NCBI GenBank assembly: GCA_963765575.1 | Contig: CAVXWZ010000003.1 | Location: 1 to 63,988, forward strand | Direction of reading: 5' to 3' | From: an uncultured cyanobacterium | GTDB taxonomy: Bacteria > Cyanobacteriota > Cyanobacteriia > PCC-6307 > Cyanobiaceae | DNA: 63,988 nt | Part shown: positions 42,352-51,719 of the stretch, piece by piece | How the letters are laid out: the number at the start of each line of letters is the position of its first letter | Position numbering within the stretch: position 1 is the first letter of the stretch | Made by a program: the position numbers and the translations under genes | Notes under the pieces: generated by a model | What the model saw: the letters and a program-made list of their open reading frames with translations, nothing else | Database searches by the model: none | What the model was told of the DNA's origin: nothing

Positions 42352-44769
42352 ATGGCCACCGCCAAGAAGCCCAGCAGCCGCCGCACCAGCAGCACGACAA
42401 CCGGCACCACCGCCACCGCCACAGCACAAGCCACCGGCACCGCGCTCGCCGCCGCCCGCACGGTGATCTACTGCCACGGCATCTCCAACATGCCCACCGA
42501 GCCGCAGCTGCGCTCGGAATGGGACCAGGCCCTGTTCGGCGCCGACCAGGGGGAGCGCACCCGCATGGCCTACTGGGTCGACCGCGAGCGCTATCCCCAG
42601 CCGGCGAGCGTGTCGATCCGCTCGATCGGGGACGAGAACGCACTGCTGCAGCCCCAGGCCGACAGCCTGCTGGAGGCCTCCATCAAGGGCAGCGACTCCC
42701 CCGCAGACTCAGCGGCCTTCGTGGCGGCGATCACGCAGCAACTGGAGCAGGCCGCCCAGGAGGCGGCCCGGCAGGACGCCGCCATGGGCGGGCCGGCGGT
42801 GTTGTCGATGGAGGCCAAGGGGCTGTGGAGCCCGGTGACGGCCCTGTTCACCAAGGCCTTCCTGGCAGATGTCAACGACTTCCTGTTCAACCAGGGCAAA
42901 CGCGCCCGCATGGTGCAGACGGTGAAGGACCGGGTGAGCACCGGCGGTGGCCCCTTCGTGGTGATCGGCCACAGCCAGGGGAGCATGGTCACCTACCAGG
43001 CCCTGATGGAGCTGGCCGAGGAGCTGCCCGAGCTGGAGGTGGACCTCCTGCTCACCATCGGCTCCCCCCTGGGCCTGCCCCAGGTGACCGACGTGCTGCA
43101 CCAATGGCACGGCAAAGCGCTGCCGATCCCCGCCGCCGTGAAGCGCTGGGTGAACATCGCCCAGGACGGCGACATTGTGTGCCTGGATCAATCCCTGGCC
43201 GACGAATACAGCACCAAGGGCAAACCTCCTGTGCTGGATGAACGGGTGAAGGGGGTGGTATGGCCGCCCAGCAAGGCCCACGCCGCCAACCGCTACCTGG
43301 CCCGCCCGGACACCCAGGTCACGGTGATGGGCGCGGTGGACCGCTCCCGCTTCCAAGCCATCAGCCCGGTGACGGTGGCGCGCAACCTGGCCGACTGCCT
43401 CGATGCCGACGCCAGGGCGCGGGTGCCGGTGCTGATTGAACTGCTCGATCGCCCCACGGCCACCGTCAGCAAGGCCGCTGCCAGCCAAGCCGGCGGCTCC
43501 CTCCAGGGCACCAGGGACACGGTGCTGGCCTGGATTCACAAGCACGTGCTGAAGGGTCCGATCAGCGCCGACACGGTGGCGCTCGAAGACCAGCTGGAGC
43601 GCTACGTGGCGGTGAACCTCACCCGCGCCGAAGTGGAAACCCTGGCCTGTGACCTCAGCCAGCACTACGGCGCCGCCTCACCGGCGGTGTACCGGATGTT
43701 CAGCAACAGCCAGAAGCGGGCCCTGATCCGCGACTCGATCCACACGGTGCAGGCCCGCACCGCCCAGCTCGGCTACAACGCCCTGGGCCAGGGCATCACC
43801 TGGGCCGTGCTCGACACCGGCATCGACCGGCACCATCCCCACTTCCACAACCCGTCCTTGGCGCCAGACGGCAGCATCGCCGCCGACTGGGACTGCACCG
43901 AGCGGGGGCCGGTGCTGCCGGCCAGCGGCGATGACGCCAACGGCCACGGCAGCCACGTGGCCGGCGTGATCGCCGGGGGCTTGCCGGCGATGGACGGCGG
44001 CGAACGGCCCGAGATGCTGGCCATGGCACCGCAAGCCCGCCTGGTGACCTACAAGGTGCTGGCCGACAACGGCAGCGGCTACGACGCCTGGATCATCAAG
44101 GCCATCGACCACATCTGGCAGCAGAACCAGAGCGGCCGCCGCCTGGCGATCCAGGGGGTGAACCTCAGCCTCGGGGGGGCCTTTGATCCGGCCAGCTTCG
44201 GTTGCGGCGATTCACCGCTGTGCGCCTCGCTGCTGCGGCTGGTGCGCCAGGGGGTGCTGGTGGTGCTGGCCGCCGGCAACGAGGGCAGCGGCGACATCGT
44301 GGTGAATGGCGCCAGCTCCACCCGCTCCTTCGACCTCTCGATCGGCGATCCCGCCAACCTGGAGGAAGGCATCGCCGTGGGCTCCGTGCACCCCACCCTG
44401 CCCCACCGCTACGGCACCTCCTATTTCTCCTCCCGCGGGCCCACGGCCGATGGCCGCCTCAAACCGGATCTGGTGGGTCCGGGCGAGCGCATCCTCTCCT
44501 GCCGCAGCAGCAGCGACCAGGCCCGCAGCCCCGCGCGCGACGCCAGCAAGAGCCTCGATGAGCTCTACATCCCCCTCTCGGGCACGAGCATGGCGGCGCC
44601 CCACATCTCCGGCGTGCTGGCCGCCTTCCTCTCGGTGCGTCCGGAGTTCATCGGCTATCCCGAGCGCGTCAAGCAGATCCTGCTGGAGCACTGCACCGAC
44701 CTCAAACGCGACCGCTACCACCAGGGCGCCGGGCTGCCCAATCTCTCCAAGATGCTGCTCAACACCTGA
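42352..44769 (+). CDS. Alpha/beta-hydrolase-S8 subtilase fusion protein
   Basis: N-domain CHGI, GHSQG, TIGSPLG, DGDIV, H; C-domain AVLDTG, HGSHVAG, AAGN, KPDL, SGTSMAAPH. Confidence 0.85.
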   Translation: MATAKKPSSRRTSSTTTGTTATATAQATGTALAAARTVIYCHGISNMPTEPQLRSEWDQALFGADQGERTRMAYWVDRERYPQPASVSIRSIGDENALLQPQADSLLEASIKGSDSPADSAAFVAAITQQLEQAAQEAARQDAAMGGPAVLSMEAKGLWSPVTALFTKAFLADVNDFLFNQGKRARMVQTVKDRVSTGGGPFVVIGHSQGSMVTYQALMELAEELPELEVDLLLTIGSPLGLPQVTDVLHQWHGKALPIPAAVKRWVNIAQDGDIVCLDQSLADEYSTKGKPPVLDERVKGVVWPPSKAHAANRYLARPDTQVTVMGAVDRSRFQAISPVTVARNLADCLDADARARVPVLIELLDRPTATVSKAAASQAGGSLQGTRDTVLAWIHKHVLKGPISADTVALEDQLERYVAVNLTRAEVETLACDLSQHYGAASPAVYRMFSNSQKRALIRDSIHTVQARTAQLGYNALGQGITWAVLDTGIDRHHPHFHNPSLAPDGSIAADWDCTERGPVLPASGDDANGHGSHVAGVIAGGLPAMDGGERPEMLAMAPQARLVTYKVLADNGSGYDAWIIKAIDHIWQQNQSGRRLAIQGVNLSLGGAFDPASFGCGDSPLCASLLRLVRQGVLVVLAAGNEGSGDIVVNGASSTRSFDLSIGDPANLEEGIAVGSVHPTLPHRYGTSYFSSRGPTADGRLKPDLVGPGERILSCRSSSDQARSPARDASKSLDELYIPLSGTSMAAPHISGVLAAFLSVRPEFIGYPERVKQILLEHCTDLKRDRYHQGAGLPNLSKMLLNT

Positions 44770-45130
44770 GCGCTGGCAGGAGCTGGAGGAGAGTCCATCA
44801 GCTCAAGCAACTGCGGCCAATGGCTGAGTTGGCAACGGTGGATCTGCGGGATTGTGCGTTGCGACCAAGACGACATCGTTTTGATCATCAGACAAGAAAG
44901 AGCAATGACGATAAACTCAACCAAGACCAAGCTTGGAGAGACCTGGCTCACACCCTGGCCCCAAACAACTCAGGACTGGGTTCGCAAGACCATGGGGCTG
45001 GCGAGATTAGTTTTGTGATGAGCTGGCCCTACAAACGAATGATTGTCTGCTGATGGGAAGGATAGCCAGATTGGAGGGATGGTTACCCTGTAGACTGGTT
45101 GATCAAACCAACGCTTGACGGCTCTCTTCC

Positions 45131-46249
45131 ATGCTCCACGTTGACATCCCCACCCGGGCCGAAATCGAAGCGCTGATGCTCAATCATGGCCCGGCAAGAG
45201 TCAGCCTGGTGCTGCCGACCACACCGCTGACCCAGGACGCCCAGGCCGACCGCATCGTGCTCAAGAACCTGGCTGGTGAGGCCGTGGAGCAGTTGCATCT
45301 CGCCTCCCACGACAAGCGCGAGGTGCTGGCGATCGAGGAGCTTCTGCACGACCTCATCGACGACGATGACTTCTGGGAGGTCCAGGCCAACAGCCTGGCG
45401 GTTTTCGTCTGCCCGCAGAGCCTGCGCAGTTTCCGTCTGCCCAACCATCTCAAGCCCGCCGTTGAGGTCAGCGACCGCTTCCACGTGCAGCCCCTGCTGC
45501 GCACGGTCACCGTGCCCCAATCCGCCTATGTGCTGGCCCTGGCCCAGAACAATGTGCGCCTGGTGGGGGTCTCCTCCGACCTGCCGGCGGTGGAGCTCAA
45601 TTTGAACGGCATGCCCAAGGACGTGGCCAGCTCGGCCAGGAAGTCGTCGATCAAGGATCGCTCCCCCAGCGGCCGTCTGCAGGGCTCCGAGGGCATGAAG
45701 GTGTACCAAGCCCAGTTTGCCCGCAAGATTGATCAGGCGCTGCGGCAGTTGCTGGTGGGCAAGGAAACGCCCTTGATCCTGGCGGCGGCCGAGCCGATGC
45801 AGTCGATTTACCGCGAACTGCAGTCGTATCCCCACCTGGCCCGCACCGCAATCCAGCACAATCCCGAAACCCAGAGTGATGCTGAGTTGGCGGCAAGCGC
45901 CCGTACCGTTCTCGATGACTTGTTCCGGGAAGAGCTCGCTGAGATCCACTCCCTTTACGCGCTGCGCAGCAGTCAGGGGCGCACCACAGCGGATCTGGCC
46001 CATGCCGCCCGCGCCGCCACCTATGGAGCCATCCAACTGCTGTTGATTGACATCGACGATGTGACCCCCGGCACGGTGGATGACGAAGGAGTGGTGACCT
46101 TTGCCGATGCAGCTGGTGCCGAAAGTTACGGCATCGTTGATGAAATTGCCAGCCGCGCCCTGATCATGGGAGCCAAGGTGATGGGGGTACGCAGGGGTGA
46201 CATCCCTGGCGAGCAAAGTCTGGCGGCGATCCTGCGCTATCCGTTCTGA
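45131..46249 (+). CDS. Bacterial archaeo-eukaryotic release factor (baeRF)-like protein
   Basis: VSLVLPTTP, VSDRFHVQPLLR, YVLAL, C-terminal AAILRYPF. Confidence 0.75.
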   Translation: MLHVDIPTRAEIEALMLNHGPARVSLVLPTTPLTQDAQADRIVLKNLAGEAVEQLHLASHDKREVLAIEELLHDLIDDDDFWEVQANSLAVFVCPQSLRSFRLPNHLKPAVEVSDRFHVQPLLRTVTVPQSAYVLALAQNNVRLVGVSSDLPAVELNLNGMPKDVASSARKSSIKDRSPSGRLQGSEGMKVYQAQFARKIDQALRQLLVGKETPLILAAAEPMQSIYRELQSYPHLARTAIQHNPETQSDAELAASARTVLDDLFREELAEIHSLYALRSSQGRTTADLAHAARAATYGAIQLLLIDIDDVTPGTVDDEGVVTFADAAGAESYGIVDEIASRALIMGAKVMGVRRGDIPGEQSLAAILRYPF

Positions 46250-46299
46250 AGCTCAGCAGTGGGGCCAGCGGGTGATCGCTGGCCGCGAGGTCCCAGATC

Positions 46300-46608
46300 T
46301 CAGCGTGGCAGCAAACACTCCAGTTGCCGCAGCCGAGTTTCCAGGGCCTCGATTTTTTCCAGATAGGTGAGCGCCAGGGCCATGCCGGGGGGATTGAGCC
46401 CGAAGGACTCGCGCAGCTTCACCACCCGCCGCGCCTGGTGCACCGCCCGGGAATGGAAGCACCAGCCCGTGGCCACCTCCTTGAATTCAAGGACGCCGAA
46501 CTCCACCAATTCCACCAGCTCCTCGTGAGCCAGGCCGGAGGCCGCCAGCAACTCCGCCGATTCCACCAAACTGTCGGCATCCACAGGGATCAGCAGATCG
46601 TCATCCAT
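46300..46608 (-). CDS. cbpM: Chaperone modulator CbpM
   Basis: LVELVEFGVL..LRESFGLN..GMALAL..LEKI; downstream of cbpA. Confidence 0.8.
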   Translation of the reverse strand: MDDDLLIPVDADSLVESAELLAASGLAHEELVELVEFGVLEFKEVATGWCFHSRAVHQARRVVKLRESFGLNPPGMALALTYLEKIEALETRLRQLECLLPR

Positions 46609-47515
46609 CGCTCGACCCTCCGGCGAACTGGGGACGGGGCTGGAAGCTGGACGCCGCCGCCAGCTCACGATAGAGCTCCTGTTCTCGCTCGCTGATGGGC
46701 GTGGGCATCACGATCTGCAGCACCCCATAGAGATCACCGGCTCCCGCCCCCCGCTTCGGCAGTCCCTTGCCAGCCAGCCGCAGTTTCTGGCCCGCCTGGG
46801 CGCCGGGCTTGACGGTGACCAGCACACGGCCCTCGAGGCTGGGCAGCTCGATCTGGGCGCCGAGGGCGGCCTCCCAGGGGGTGAGCGGCAGCTCCAGGTA
46901 GAGGTCATGGCCCACAGCGCGGAACAGCTGGTGCGGCAGCACCTGGATCTGCAGATACACATCCCCGGCGGGGCCACCGCCGCTGCCGGGGCCACCGCGG
47001 CCTGGGATGCGCAAGCGCTCGCCGTCGGTGACGCCCTTCGGCACGCGGATACGCACACTGCCGCCCGGCCGCTCCAGGGTCACCTGGGTGCCACGGGACA
47101 CCTCGTCGAGGCTGAGCCGGGCCACGACCTCCAGATCCTGGCCGCGGATCGGAAAGTCGAAACCTCCCGCCTGGCCCCGGCGCTGGGAGCTGCGGAATCC
47201 CATCTGCTCGAACAGCTCGGAGAGGTCCACCTCCTGCTGGCCCTGGCCCCTGGAGAAGCGGGTGTCCCAGCCCGCTGGCGGCCGAAACTCCTCGCCGGGG
47301 TCATGGCGACCCAGCTCCTCATAGGCCTGGCGCTTCTCCGGATCGGAGAGGGTCTGGTAGGCCTCGCTGATCTCCTTGAAACGCTCCTCGGCGCCGTCCT
47401 CCTGGGAGATGTCCGGGTGGCACTGGCGGGCCAGGCGCCGGTAGGCCTTCTTGATCTCCTCCTGGGTTGCTCCCCGCTCAACGCCGAGAGCCTCGTAGTA
47501 GTCCTTGAACTTCAT
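46601..47515 (-). CDS. cbpA: DnaJ-class curved DNA-binding protein
   Basis: KDYY J-domain with HPD, no Zn finger, DnaJ_C domain. Confidence 0.85.
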   Translation of the reverse strand: MKFKDYYEALGVERGATQEEIKKAYRRLARQCHPDISQEDGAEERFKEISEAYQTLSDPEKRQAYEELGRHDPGEEFRPPAGWDTRFSRGQGQQEVDLSELFEQMGFRSSQRRGQAGGFDFPIRGQDLEVVARLSLDEVSRGTQVTLERPGGSVRIRVPKGVTDGERLRIPGRGGPGSGGGPAGDVYLQIQVLPHQLFRAVGHDLYLELPLTPWEAALGAQIELPSLEGRVLVTVKPGAQAGQKLRLAGKGLPKRGAGAGDLYGVLQIVMPTPISEREQELYRELAAASSFQPRPQFAGGSSDG

Positions 47516-47538
47516 CGGGCGGTTGCGGTGGGCGGCGT

Positions 47539-48558
47539 TCAGGCCAGGTCCTGGACCAGCACCACCCGGTAGCGGGCCTGGCCGGAGCGCAGGTGCTCAA
47601 GGGCGTCATTGGCCCGCGACATCGGGAAGGCCTGGACGGTGGGGGCGATGCCGTGGCGGGCAGCGAAATCGAGCATGGTGGCCACGGTGGCGGGGCTGCC
47701 GAGCGGGGAGCCCGAGAGCGACTTCTGGCCCTGGATCAGCGAGAAGGCCCCGAGGGCGATCGGATCGGCCACGGCGCCCACGGTGTGCAGGCGACCGCGG
47801 GGCTTGAGGGCCGCCATGTAGGCGCCCCAGTCGAGGGTCACATTGGTGGTGTTGAGGATGAAATCAAAGCTGCCGGCGGCCCGGGCGAGCTCCTCGCCAT
47901 CGCGGGAGTTGAGGGTGCTGTGGGCGCCGAGCTCCAGGGCTTCGCTGCGCTTGGCCTCGCTGCTGGTGAAGGCCACCACCTCGCAGCCCCAGGCGCGCAG
48001 AAACTTGAGGGCCAGATGGCCGAGGCCGCCGATGCCGATCACGCCAACGCGATCGGTGGGCAACACGCCGAACTGCACGATCGGGTTGAACACGGTGATG
48101 CCGCCGCAGAAGAGCGGGCCGGCCGTGATCGCGTCGATGGCGGCCGGCAGGGGGGTGAGCCAGCTCCAGTGGGCCCGCACCCGGTTGGCGAAGCCGCCGT
48201 GGCGGCCCACGATCGTGCCCTCGGCCGTCAGGCAGAGGTTCTGGTCGCCCGAGAGGCAGTGGGAGCAGCAGCCGCAACTGCTTGAAAACCAGCCCAGCCC
48301 CACGCGATCGCCCAGCTGCAGCCGCTTGGTGTGGCCGCCGAGGGCCACCACCCGGCCCACCACCTCGTGGCCGGGCACCAAGGGGTAGCTGGTGCCGCCC
48401 CAGTCGTTGTCGAGCATGGAGAGGTCGCTGTGGCAGAGGCCGCAGCTCTCCACGGCGATCTCCACCTGCTCGGGGCCGAGCTCCGGCGGGGTGTAGCTGA
48501 ACGGCTGCAGCGGCTCGCCGGCCGCGAGGGCGGCCAGGGCCTGGATCGGAGCGCTCAT
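47539..48558 (-). CDS. Zn-dependent NADPH aldehyde reductase (Ahr/CAD family)
   Basis: CGLCHSD, PGHE, structural Cys cluster, GIGGLG. Confidence 0.9.
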   Translation of the reverse strand: MSAPIQALAALAAGEPLQPFSYTPPELGPEQVEIAVESCGLCHSDLSMLDNDWGGTSYPLVPGHEVVGRVVALGGHTKRLQLGDRVGLGWFSSSCGCCSHCLSGDQNLCLTAEGTIVGRHGGFANRVRAHWSWLTPLPAAIDAITAGPLFCGGITVFNPIVQFGVLPTDRVGVIGIGGLGHLALKFLRAWGCEVVAFTSSEAKRSEALELGAHSTLNSRDGEELARAAGSFDFILNTTNVTLDWGAYMAALKPRGRLHTVGAVADPIALGAFSLIQGQKSLSGSPLGSPATVATMLDFAARHGIAPTVQAFPMSRANDALEHLRSGQARYRVVLVQDLA

Positions 48559-48621
48559 GGCGGCGGTGCTCAGCTCGACGATCACGCTACGGGTGAGGCC
48601 GGCAGCCCTAGCCTCGGCCCC

Positions 48622-48795
48622 ATGAGCCCCCTCTTCCCCTGCTCAGGTTGCGGCGTTCAGATCGAGCGCTCGGTGCGCCTCTATCTGCAGCTGAAAGGAC
48701 GGGTGCTCTGCTCCACCTGCAAGGACCGGCAAGACATGGAAGCCGCGTCTGCACCCCAGGGCGAGCCGGGGGATGCGGCAGCAGGCCCGGACTGA
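48622..48795 (+). CDS. Possible small zinc-ribbon protein
   Basis: CSGC..CSTC in a 57-aa ORF; overlaps the ogt 3' end convergently. Confidence 0.45.
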   Translation: MSPLFPCSGCGVQIERSVRLYLQLKGRVLCSTCKDRQDMEAASAPQGEPGDAAAGPD

Positions 48796-49340
48796 GGGAT
48801 CCACGGGCCGATCCAGCCGGCTTCGCGCTCCAGCAGCGCCCGCTTGCGCTCGACGCCCCAGCGGTAGCCCCGCAGGGAGCCGTTGCTGGCGATGACGCGG
48901 TGGCAGGGGATGGCCAGGGCGATCGGGTTGGCGGCGCAGGCCTGGGCCACGGCGCGCACCGCCTTCGGAGCACCGAGCCGGCGGGCGAGTTCGGCGTAAC
49001 TGATGGTGCTTCCGGAGGGGATCAGGCCCAGCTCCTGCCAGACGCGCCGGCGAAAGGGTGTGCCGCGCAGATCAAGCGGTGGGGGCGGCTGGGCTGCCAC
49101 CGCCGCTGAGGCGGCGGCGTCGCTGGTGGCAAGGACCTGAACCAGCCAGGCCTCGAGCTGGGGATCGTCGTTGACGAACTCGGCCGCGGGATAGCCCAGG
49201 CGCAGCTCCTGGGTGAGCGTTTCGGGCTGATCGGCAAGGCTGATCGCCACCAGGCCCCGGGTTGTGGCGGCCAGCAGGATCCAGCCCAGCCAGCACGGCC
49301 GGAGCAGGACGCGAACGCTGTCGGAATCCATCGCCGCCAC
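48681..49340 (-). CDS. ogt: Methylated-DNA-protein-cysteine methyltransferase
   Basis: GTPF..VW, SYAELA, RAVAQAC..NP, IPCHRV. Confidence 0.9.
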   Translation of the reverse strand: MAAMDSDSVRVLLRPCWLGWILLAATTRGLVAISLADQPETLTQELRLGYPAAEFVNDDPQLEAWLVQVLATSDAAASAAVAAQPPPPLDLRGTPFRRRVWQELGLIPSGSTISYAELARRLGAPKAVRAVAQACAANPIALAIPCHRVIASNGSLRGYRWGVERKRALLEREAGWIGPWIPQSGPAAASPGSPWGADAASMSCRSLQVEQSTRPFSCR

Positions 49341-49348
49341 GATGCTGC

Positions 49349-49594
49349 TCAGGGCAGGAAGCCCAGATCCTCGAAGTGGGGAACCAGCCAGGCGGGGATG
49401 CCGTCGCTCTGCCAGCTCCAGAAATCACCCCGTCCCAGGTACACCGGATGGCCGTTGCGGTAGGCCTGCGCCACAACCGCCAGATCGAGGTCCTGAAGCG
49501 CATCGACCCGGCTCACCCGTCTGCTGCGCTGGGCCGGAGAGCGCTTGGTTGCCAACAGACGGATCCGGGAGTTTGGGCAATTCAGGCTATCCAT
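49349..49594 (-). CDS. Hypothetical protein
   Basis: Short ORF co-oriented upstream of ogt; no motif recognised. Confidence 0.35.
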   Translation of the reverse strand: MDSLNCPNSRIRLLATKRSPAQRSRRVSRVDALQDLDLAVVAQAYRNGHPVYLGRGDFWSWQSDGIPAWLVPHFEDLGFLP

Positions 49595-49679
49595 GGCCGG
49601 CATGGGGCACCGGGGGACAGCACAGCTCTTCACCAGAGCCTGCTGCTGCGGAGCTCAGGGGCGGGGCTGGCCGTGGGGC

Positions 49680-50084
49680 ATGGGCATCGTCCTGACCGCC
49701 TGCAACGGGGCCAACGTCACGGATGTGAACCAGCTGGGGCCTGGACTGGCGATCGCGATTGCGCCGATCCAATGCAAGGAGGAGTACGTGCGTCTGTCGG
49801 CGGCGATCAAGGAGGCGCTGCCCACCCTGAGCCAGCAGGAGTTTCAGGCGGCGTCGGCCCTGAAGGGGGCTTTTCGCCTGATCCTCCAGAACGCCACGAT
49901 CAGCCCGGGGATTTCGGAGGATGCTGTGGAGTTGCGACGCCAGATTTTCCGTGACTTCGGTGTTGAGGCCAAGCAGCACATCAATGTCCATGCCGACAAG
50001 GCCAGAGCGGCGGCCAGCCTGATGCTGAAGGGTATGGATGATCAGGAACTCGAAGCGCTGGATTCGGCTATCGCAAGTGCGTGA
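49680..50084 (+). CDS. Hypothetical protein
   Basis: Open frame with protein-like composition; no motif recognised. Confidence 0.5.
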   Translation: MGIVLTACNGANVTDVNQLGPGLAIAIAPIQCKEEYVRLSAAIKEALPTLSQQEFQAASALKGAFRLILQNATISPGISEDAVELRRQIFRDFGVEAKQHINVHADKARAAASLMLKGMDDQELEALDSAIASA

Positions 50085-50228
50085 ACCGAGCATGGTGGAC
50101 GGCACCGCGCCGCCATGGCCTGGCACATCCGTGGCATCACCGCCCTGGCGATCGCCTTTGTGGTGGTGGGTGCACTGATCCGATTGGGCGGGCTGGGTCA
50201 CAGTGGCGGTGGTACAGGCACGGTGGGC

Positions 50229-51047
50229 ATGGCCCCAATCGCAGTCACCATCGCCGGCTCGGACAGTGGCGGCGGCGCCGGCATTCAGGCCGACCTCAAG
50301 ACCTTCTCGGCGCTGGGGGTTTACGGCGCCAGCGTGGTGACCGCCCTGACGGCACAGAACACCTGCGCGGTGACCCTGGTGGAGCCCGCCAGCCCGGCGA
50401 TGATCGCCGCACAGATCACGGCGGTGTTCGCTGATCTGGATGTCCGCGCCGTGAAAATCGGCATGTTGGGTGATACCGCCACGATCAACACGGTGGCCAA
50501 CGCTCTTCTCGCCGACCCTCTGGCCGGATGTTCGCTGCCCCTGGTGCTCGACCCGGTGATGGTGACCAAATCGGGTGATGCCCTGTTGACGCCAGACGCT
50601 GTCGCCTGCCTGCGCACACGCCTGTTGCCCCTGGCGCATCTCATCACCCCCAACCTTCCCGAGGCGGCCGCGTTGCTGAACGCTCCGGTGGCCACCAGCG
50701 AGGAGGCGATGCTGGAGCAGGCCAAGGCCCTGATCAACCTTGGCGCGCCGGCGGTGCTGATCAAGGGAGGACGTGGCGAGGGTGCCGAATGCCTGGATCT
50801 GTTGGTCACGACCAGCACCGTGCTGCGCCTGGCGGCGCCGCGGCAGGTGACCAGCAACACCCATGGCAGCGGCTGCACGCTCTCAGCCGCCGTTGCCGCC
50901 GGTCTGGCGCAGGGGATGGAGCTGGCCGCCGCCGTGGGCCGCGCCCATACCTATCTGCAAGCTGCGATCGCCGCCGCTGATGGCCTGGCCGTGGGGCATG
51001 GGCACGGACCGGTGCATCACTTCCACAGCATCTGGCCTCGGGTCTGA
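50229..51047 (+). CDS. thiD: Hydroxymethylpyrimidine/phosphomethylpyrimidine kinase
   Basis: TIAGSDSGGGAGIQADLK, VKIGML, ITPNLPEA, THGSGCT. Confidence 0.95.
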   Translation: MAPIAVTIAGSDSGGGAGIQADLKTFSALGVYGASVVTALTAQNTCAVTLVEPASPAMIAAQITAVFADLDVRAVKIGMLGDTATINTVANALLADPLAGCSLPLVLDPVMVTKSGDALLTPDAVACLRTRLLPLAHLITPNLPEAAALLNAPVATSEEAMLEQAKALINLGAPAVLIKGGRGEGAECLDLLVTTSTVLRLAAPRQVTSNTHGSGCTLSAAVAAGLAQGMELAAAVGRAHTYLQAAIAAADGLAVGHGHGPVHHFHSIWPRV

Positions 51048-51059
51048 GCGGGGCGCTGC

Positions 51060-51620
51060 TCAAGCGGTGCGCCAGTCGAGCCACGGCAGGTGGGGAATGA
51101 TCGCCGCAGTGGAGGCCCGGTAGGCCGCGTAGTCGGGGTGAACCGCAACGAGCCTGGCCTCCTCCCGCCGCGCCTTGTTGCCTAACACCACCACAAACGC
51201 CAGCAGCAACCCCAGGTGCAGCAGGCTGCCGAGGGCGATGGCGACACCCAGGGAGCAGACCAGCAGCGATTGGTACAACGGATGCCGGCAGCGCCCGTAG
51301 GCGCCCTCCGTGACGAGAACGGCGCCGGGCATGGGCTCCGGCAAGGGGCTGAGACTCTCGCCCAGGCTGAAGGTGCCCTGGGCGCCAAGGACGAGACCCG
51401 CCACCACGGTGATGCCGCCCAGCACGCGCAACGCCATCGGCCAGTGCAGTCCCAGCGCAGCCGGGGAAGGGGTGGGCGGCAGCCAATGGGCACTGATCAG
51501 CAGCATCTGCGCCAGCAGCCACCATTCGCCGTGGCGGTTGTCCCGCAGGCCCTGCCAGGAGAACCCCCAGGCCTGAAGCCGTTCGGTCAGCTCGTTCTCC
51601 ATGATCGCCAACCCATCCAC
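51060..51620 (-). CDS. ICMT/PEMT-family membrane methyltransferase
   Basis: LVTEGAY..RHPLY, REE..L, Y..Y. Confidence 0.85.
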   Translation of the reverse strand: MDGLAIMENELTERLQAWGFSWQGLRDNRHGEWWLLAQMLLISAHWLPPTPSPAALGLHWPMALRVLGGITVVAGLVLGAQGTFSLGESLSPLPEPMPGAVLVTEGAYGRCRHPLYQSLLVCSLGVAIALGSLLHLGLLLAFVVVLGNKARREEARLVAVHPDYAAYRASTAAIIPHLPWLDWRTA

Positions 51621-51719
51621 CAGTACACCTTTATGCTACTTGCCGCATGAAGGCATGGCCTTGTCCTTGACCATCGAGCCGCTGCAGGGCCTTGGATGGG
51701 TGCACTGCCCCAAGGCCCC

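Noticed and set aside
50115..50228. Membrane-anchored ThiD or a TPP riboswitch upstream of thiD
   Set aside because: ThiD similarity starts at 50229 and no TPP aptamer consensus was seen; the hydrophobic extension is unsupported.
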